Source of the DNA: a bacterium
Lineage (GTDB): Bacteria > Electryoneota > Electryoneia > Electryoneales > Electryoneaceae
DNA length: 64,000 nt
Assembly (NCBI GenBank): GCA_963675295.2
Contig: CAXXKJ010000002.1
Location: 96,001-160,000 of the forward strand
Direction: 5' to 3'
The notes below the pieces were generated by a model, which had not been told where the DNA came from, searched no databases, and was given only the letters and a program-made list of their open reading frames with translations. Each line of letters begins with the position of its first letter. The stretch's first letter is position 1. Below are positions 58,189-64,000 of the stretch, piece by piece. The position numbers and the translations under genes are program-made.

Positions 58189-58369
58189 AACGATCTCCCA
58201 CGGTTGCCCGTAGTATACGCCATGGAACGGACATGGGGAAAGTAATGAGAATTGCATTGAGCTTGCACTCATGCCTCTCCCGATTGTAACCACGGGTGGC
58301 TTTTCACTGTCCTTGATTTAGCCCCTCGCATTCGGTGTGGGTGCGCTCCGTCAATTCCTGGACCTGCCT

Positions 58370-60634
58370 ATGCGCCATGTATCGACTGGTTTGTTGTTGT
58401 TCGTTCTGTTGGTTACTGCAGCGGTTGCCGGAGCCCGTTCCACTGAATCACCCCTGCCGGATCCACACGAACTACCGTACCGCATTCCACTCCTCCAGGG
58501 CGAGGTGTCAGCCGATGGCGTGTTGGACGAATCCGTCTGGTCGGACGCTCTGGTGATGAAGCTGGAATACGAAGTCCGCCCGGGCGAAAATGTTCCGCCG
58601 CCGGTGGAAACCGAAGTGTTGCTCGCGTACGGTGAGTCGGACCTGTTCGTCGCGTTCAAGGCGTACGATCCCAACCCCGGCGAGATTCGCGCACGGATGC
58701 GTGACCGCGACGAAATCGGTTCGGACGACTGGGTCGCGATCAACCTCGACACGTTCAATGATGCCCGCCAATCGTTCCTGTTGATGTGCAACCCGTTCGG
58801 CGTCCAGTCCGATTTCACCGAAGTAACCGGCGGCGGCGGGTCGGAATGGGACACAATCTGGGACAGCGGCGGCCGGATTCACGACTGGGGCTACGCGGTC
58901 GAAATGGTGATCCCGTTCAGCTCGCTGCGGTTCCAGCGCAGTGCGGAAGACCAGATCTGGGGCGTCGACGCGATCCGTTCCTACCCGCGGAACGTACGCC
59001 ACCACATCGGCCTCTTTCCCCGTGACCGCGACAACAACTGCTACCTCTGCCAGGCGACGAAAATCGTCGGCTTCGCCGGTGCCGACCCGGGCCGCAGCAT
59101 TGAGATTGATCCGACCATCTCCGGTATTGTCGCACAGCAACGCGAGGACAGCGATTACGGTCCCTTCGACGACGGCGACCACGACCTGAACGCCGGCTTC
59201 ACCGCCCGCTGGGGCATTACGCCGAACATCACGCTGGCGTCCACGTACAACCCGGACTTCTCGCAGATCGAATCGGACGTCTTCCAACTTGATGTCAACA
59301 CCCGTTGGGCGTTGTTCTACCCGGAACGGCGGCCCTTCTTCCTCGAGGGCAACGATTTCTTCAGCTCCCATGACCGGCTGGTGTACACGCGTACTGTCGC
59401 CGACCCGATCTGGGGCGCGAAGATCACCGGCAAGGAAGGGGCAAACGGAATCGGGGTTTTCGTCGCGCAGGATGAGTATACATCGATGCTGTTCCCTTCT
59501 TCGGAGGGATCGGAAATCGAATCGCTGGAACGCAACAGCATGACGGGCGTCGTTCGTTACAAGCGGGATGTGGGCGAATCATCGTATATCGGGGCGACGG
59601 TGACGGACCGCGAATCAATGAACGATCCGAACGGGGAACATTACGGCAACCGTGTCGGCAGCCTCGACGCCACCATCGACATCAACCAGAACAACCGGCT
59701 CAAGCTGCAACTGATGAACAGCTGGACCGAATACCCGGCCAACATACAGGAGAATTACGAACAGGACGCGTCCATCAGCGGCGAGGGTACGCGTGCGGTC
59801 TACATCCACGACACCCGCAGCTGGGACTCCTGGGCCTATTCGGTGCGCCGCCATCCGGATTTTCGTGCGGACGCCGGGTTCATCAACATGACCGACGCCG
59901 CCACCTACGGCTCCGGCACCGATTATACGTTCTACAGCGACGCTGACAACTGGTACAGCAGCATCGGGATCGGATCGGAAGCCGAAGTCACCAGCACCTA
60001 CGATCACAGCCGGCCGCTCGAACGGCAGATCAACGGGTATCTCTGGGGCAACGGTCCGATGCAGTCGTGGGTCAATTTCTGGGGCGAGTTCGAACGCACC
60101 TGGTACGAAGGCGACGAATACATCACCGACAGCATGTGGTTGAGTGGCGGCTTCTTTCCGCATCCGAACCTGTACACCGACCTTGGCTTCGGTTTAGGCA
60201 AGGATATCGACTACAGCAACAACCGGCCCGGCGTCTTCTGGGAAATCGAATCTGAGATTCAGTGGCTTGCGGGCCGGAACCTGCGAATCGACCTGAGCCA
60301 TACGTACAACCAGCTGGAAACCCGGCCGGGCCGGCTCTACGCGGCGAACATCAGCCGCATCCGCTGCGTCTACCAGTTCAATCGCCGCATGTTCGTACGC
60401 GCAATTGTGCAGAACGTGCATTACGATTTCAACAAATCCGTGTATGATGACCCGGATGACGTCGACGATGTCTACCAGCGCATCGCCTCGCAGTTGTTGT
60501 TCAGCTACACAGTAAACCCGCAAACCGTTATCTATATCGGGTATTCGGACAACATTCGCGCGTATGATAACAACCCGTTGGCGCAAACGGATCGCGTCTT
60601 CTTCTTCAAGCTCGGTTACGCCTGGGTGCTGTGA
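58370..60634 (+). CDS. CBM9-like + DUF5916 outer-membrane beta-barrel protein
   Basis: Signal peptide; DGVLDESVW, EMVIPFSSLRF, NPDFSQIE and ERRPFFLEG; C-terminal FFKLGYAWVL. Confidence 0.85.
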   Translation: MRHVSTGLLLFVLLVTAAVAGARSTESPLPDPHELPYRIPLLQGEVSADGVLDESVWSDALVMKLEYEVRPGENVPPPVETEVLLAYGESDLFVAFKAYDPNPGEIRARMRDRDEIGSDDWVAINLDTFNDARQSFLLMCNPFGVQSDFTEVTGGGGSEWDTIWDSGGRIHDWGYAVEMVIPFSSLRFQRSAEDQIWGVDAIRSYPRNVRHHIGLFPRDRDNNCYLCQATKIVGFAGADPGRSIEIDPTISGIVAQQREDSDYGPFDDGDHDLNAGFTARWGITPNITLASTYNPDFSQIESDVFQLDVNTRWALFYPERRPFFLEGNDFFSSHDRLVYTRTVADPIWGAKITGKEGANGIGVFVAQDEYTSMLFPSSEGSEIESLERNSMTGVVRYKRDVGESSYIGATVTDRESMNDPNGEHYGNRVGSLDATIDINQNNRLKLQLMNSWTEYPANIQENYEQDASISGEGTRAVYIHDTRSWDSWAYSVRRHPDFRADAGFINMTDAATYGSGTDYTFYSDADNWYSSIGIGSEAEVTSTYDHSRPLERQINGYLWGNGPMQSWVNFWGEFERTWYEGDEYITDSMWLSGGFFPHPNLYTDLGFGLGKDIDYSNNRPGVFWEIESEIQWLAGRNLRIDLSHTYNQLETRPGRLYAANISRIRCVYQFNRRMFVRAIVQNVHYDFNKSVYDDPDDVDDVYQRIASQLLFSYTVNPQTVIYIGYSDNIRAYDNNPLAQTDRVFFFKLGYAWVL

Positions 60635-61020
60635 CGATATTCGCGTCGTTCTCTCGCCCGGCGGCGAAATGACTGCACCCCCTGTCGCAAAAAATGCACG
60701 ATCGAAATCCGTGAGAATCGTCACGGATCGGCTGAAGCCCCCGTATGACGGGGGTTCAAGGCGAAAAACCGTGCCAGCCTTGCAGACGACGCTGCACATT
60801 CTGCACAGACAGCCCCGCCAGAACCGAGAGAAATCGGCCCTTCTGCAAATTTTCTCCAGAAGCCTGCACTGCTTGCATGGACCCGCCTTGGATTTTCGGT
60901 GTTTTTCCCTGACATCCGTTTGTTGAGAGCGCTCTCCTGAAGATATTCGTGCCGCGAACTCCGCTCCGCCGCCCGGATACGCGACCATTCCCGAAATATC
61001 CCAACCTGAGAAGCCGGATC

Positions 61021-61036
61021 TGGCCTTGAACTTGCT
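61021..61036 (+). promoter_or_regulatory. Putative sigma-54 (-24/-12) promoter
   Basis: TGGC-CTTGAAC-TTGCT has the exact GG-N10-GC spacing. Confidence 0.5.
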
Positions 61037-61219
61037 TTTGCATGGTGTGGATACAGGGCAGTACGGTGGAATAGTCTGGGACACACGCCCGCGTGCACCG
61101 CGTAGTTGATGGAGTTGCTGGCTGCACGGACAATGACGCCCTCGCTGGAGGTGGGAGACCAGCAGGTCGGTCACGGACGTGGCGTCACGGATCACTCGCC
61201 TGAAAGGAGGGTCGGTTCC

Positions 61220-61432
61220 ATGACACTGCGACCTCAGGAGTACCGGCGGCGAATCCGCATGGTTCGTGGCCGGAGTGGCACGAATGGAGGAACGTGCGTC
61301 ACCTGCGGCAAGCAGACGAGTTGGCGGTCGGTCAACAATCGCTGCCGCACCTGTGAGATGGACGACGTCAAGACTCGAACGCCGATGTGGGTCGAGCGTG
61401 AGATTCTGATGGCGACGACCAACACGGATTGA
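61220..61432 (+). CDS. Small basic CxxC...CxxC (zinc-ribbon-like) protein, 70 aa
   Basis: AAAGGAGG RBS; CVTC...CRTC. Confidence 0.6.
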   Translation: MTLRPQEYRRRIRMVRGRSGTNGGTCVTCGKQTSWRSVNNRCRTCEMDDVKTRTPMWVEREILMATTNTD

Positions 61433-61669
61433 TGTTGAGCCGGTGACACACCCAATGTGAAATGTACCTCCCGAGTGTGTTGTCTGTACCCCGTACGTTC
61501 CCGCGTGCGGGGCGTTTTTTGTCCGTTCCCGCCGAGCCCCGGAGACGGTCATTCCACCCGAGGCGCACCCGCCTGGAGTCCCTACTTTTGCGCCAGACTC
61601 AGATGTGTTCATGTTAGCCGGGAAACCCGTCACGTCAACCGGCGTGCAACGGGCAGGAGGAATTTACTG

Positions 61670-62485
61670 ATGAAACGTCGCCTGTCATTCATTTCACCGC
61701 TGCTGGCCATGCTGCTGTTTGTCGCCGCCTGTTCCCAGGTCGCGTTGACCGGACGCAACCAGCTCACGATGATCCCGGAATCGCAGCTCAACGCGATGAG
61801 CTTCAGCGAGTACGATAATCTGCTCAGCGAATACGAAGTCGAGGAGGGCACGCCGGACGCGAAGCTGGTGAAAACCGTCGGGGTACGCATCAAGAACGCG
61901 GTCGAGAAGTATTTCGCCGACGAAGGCATGAGCGACCAGCTGGACGGCTATGAGTGGGAAGTGAATCTGCTGGTGGACGACGAAACAGTCAACGCGTTCT
62001 GCATGCCCGGCGGCAAGGTCGGCGTCTTTACCGGCATGATGGACATCGCAGAAACGCCCGGCCAGCTGGCGACCGTGATGGGACATGAGGTTGCGCACGC
62101 CATCGCACACCATGGCAACGAACGCATGAGCCAGCAGCTGATTACGTCGCTGGGTGGTGTCGCCCTTGCCGTTGCGTTGCGTGACAAGCCGCAGGAAACC
62201 CAGATGATTGCGCTGGCGGCGTTCGGTCTCGGCACGCAGATCGGCATCCTGCTCCCCTACAGCCGGACCCATGAATCCGAAGCGGACCACCTCGGCCTGA
62301 TCTTCATGGCGATGGCCGGCTACGATCCGCATGAGGCTGTCGACTTCTGGGAGAACATGGCGGCGATGGGCGGCGCGGCCCCGCCGGAATGGCTGAGCAC
62401 GCACCCGTCGCACGAAACCCGCATCGAGAACCTCAACGAGTGGATGCCGGAAGCGATGCAATATTACCAGAATAGCAACAATTAA
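61670..62485 (+). CDS. M48 family metallopeptidase lipoprotein
   Basis: Lipobox VAAC; NAFCMPGGK, HEVAH, ESEAD and LSTHP motifs. Confidence 0.92.
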   Translation: MKRRLSFISPLLAMLLFVAACSQVALTGRNQLTMIPESQLNAMSFSEYDNLLSEYEVEEGTPDAKLVKTVGVRIKNAVEKYFADEGMSDQLDGYEWEVNLLVDDETVNAFCMPGGKVGVFTGMMDIAETPGQLATVMGHEVAHAIAHHGNERMSQQLITSLGGVALAVALRDKPQETQMIALAAFGLGTQIGILLPYSRTHESEADHLGLIFMAMAGYDPHEAVDFWENMAAMGGAAPPEWLSTHPSHETRIENLNEWMPEAMQYYQNSNN

Positions 62486-62918
62486 CCCAATCGGAATGGT
62501 CCTGGGCGGACGTTAAGCGCCTGATAAATCAGAAAAACGCCAAATAAACTTCTTTTGCAGCGGCGCTCAGCTTTGGGCTCGACAGGTGGCTCCAGTCTTG
62601 CTCTCAAAAAAGTGGTCTCCACCGGAGACTGCGCCAAAGCGCTCAGCTTGTGAAACACATCGCAAAACCGGGTAATAACCAGCGATTATCAGCTTTATCC
62701 TACATCGTTATCGATTGTATTGGAGCTGCCGAAACCGCAGACGACCGCTTTCAAACAATACACTCCAACTTCCCCCCGTTGTACCTTGCTTTACCGGCTG
62801 TTTTTGTACGACAATTGTCTGGTGTCCAGGTTTGACTTGGACAATGGATTCTATCCGGCGTTCCGGGTACGCGGCGAATCCAAGGAGCTGCTACTGTTCG
62901 ACTGCGATGGAGATGGAC

Positions 62919-64000
62919 ATGAAATCACTGAACCTCGTGATCTCGGGGACAGTGAATGACATCTTGCGCCCGGTGTTGGATGACCTGCACAAGCAGGGCT
63001 GTTCGATTCAATCCGTGGAGACAGGCAAGAACGTGACGTTGGATTCGTCCACGGACGCGATTCTGATTCCTGTTTCTTCGGGGACAGTCGGCGAGTTGCA
63101 CAAGCGCCAGTTGTTTGAACGTTCCCGGTTTGCCCGTGTCCTGATGTTTACCGACGACGATGCGATCGACATGCTCGATCCGATCTCGGTTGGTGCTCAG
63201 GCGATGGTTTTTCCTCCGTTTCATCCTGCCGCCGTCTTGAACGCAATCGAGACCGCGATTCGTATCCAGGGCCAGCAGTCCACGCTCGAAGAATCCCTCG
63301 CCCATTACATGGAAAGCCACAAGCACCTTGGCGAAGCGATCCTGCTGACCGACAAGGCGGGGCTGGTGCTGTTTGCCAACGACTGGGCGAAGACCTTGCT
63401 CGGCGTCTCGGACGTTGATCTCAACGGGCAACACGTTGCGGACGTTTTTCCGATTGATGACGAAGACCTCGAGAACCCGCTCGAGGATCTGGCCGACCAG
63501 GTGGGCGAAGGCAGCCAGCTTGTTCCACCGACACGTGCAACGATCCGAGGCGCGGACGGGCAAGCGAAGGAAGTGCTGTTCCAGGTCAAGACCATCGGGG
63601 ACGAAAAAGCTCCTGACGGCATGCTGTTGATCTTTCACGAATACCGTCTGCGGAAAAAGCCGAAGCAGGTGGTGACGTTAAAGGAAGGCGACAAATCATC
63701 ACCGGTGCGTAATGGGGATGGCAGCGACGACGACATGCGCGTTGTCCGTATCCAGACCTTCGGCGAGTTCCAGATCAGCATTGACGACGAGGTCATCGAC
63801 GTTCACCGCTGGAGATCAAAGAAGGCGCTGGATGCCTTGTGCCTGCTGTTGCATTCGTATGGTAAGCCGGTGCAGAAGGACATCCTGATCGACTTTCTCT
63901 GGCCGGACGCTGACGGCGCCACTGGCAACCGCCGTTTGCTGAACGTGATCAGCGAGCTGCGTAAATACCTCGAACCGAACGCAAAAAGATATTCCCGCAA
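62919..64000 (+). CDS. Degenerate REC + PAS + SARP-type (AfsR/DnrI) regulator; runs off the right edge
   Basis: Manual translation MKSLNLVISG...; PAS EAILLTDKAGLVLFAN; IQTFGEFQI...WRSKKA...IDFLWPD...ISELRKYL. Confidence 0.85.
   Translation, partial: MKSLNLVISGTVNDILRPVLDDLHKQGCSIQSVETGKNVTLDSSTDAILIPVSSGTVGELHKRQLFERSRFARVLMFTDDDAIDMLDPISVGAQAMVFPPFHPAAVLNAIETAIRIQGQQSTLEESLAHYMESHKHLGEAILLTDKAGLVLFANDWAKTLLGVSDVDLNGQHVADVFPIDDEDLENPLEDLADQVGEGSQLVPPTRATIRGADGQAKEVLFQVKTIGDEKAPDGMLLIFHEYRLRKKPKQVVTLKEGDKSSPVRNGDGSDDDMRVVRIQTFGEFQISIDDEVIDVHRWRSKKALDALCLLLHSYGKPVQKDILIDFLWPDADGATGNRRLLNVISELRKYLEPNAKRYSR

Noticed and set aside
60761-60776. Minus-strand sigma-54 promoter TGGCACGGTTTTTCGC
   Set aside because: GG-to-GC spacing is one base too long.
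60194-61633. 479-aa minus-strand ORF
   Set aside because: Overlaps the DUF5916 gene antisense, has atypical composition and no recognisable domain.

Overview
High-GC bacterial chromosomal window. Eight secreted proteins carry a 'PNPFN...G(V/M/I)YF...K(M/L/I)xLxK/R' C-terminal sorting tail of the T9SS type-A/Por class, which suggests an FCB-superphylum organism (inference). Housekeeping and signalling genes include an acyl-CoA ligase, MFS, HD-GYP, cation/H+ antiporter, apbC/sufT, a hybrid kinase, ftcd, three csp genes, rnr, a CDF transporter, hbd, ndk, an Xaa-Pro peptidase, a secreted ADA2-type adenosine deaminase, a GT-C/TPR protein, a CBM9/DUF5916 barrel, an M48 peptidase and a SARP regulator. 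The most unusual signals are: (1) two integrase-free insertions, each bounded by a diverged 'ghost' copy of a host gene's last 60-74 bp that ends exactly at the stop codon; (2) a tandem array of T9SS-tail cargo genes with shared tail/9-mer-repeat/terminator modules and GC-mosaic structure; (3) a dual-OB + DUF488 + DUF488 operon; (4) a REP-doublet element in frame inside a membrane-protein gene, plus a dispersed REP family; (5) three unannotated single-TM micro-proteins between rnr and csp; (6) an IS1182 with a 29-bp duplicated hairpin target that it mimics internally. No rRNA, tRNA or CRISPR array was seen. All family assignments come from motif recognition, not database searches.
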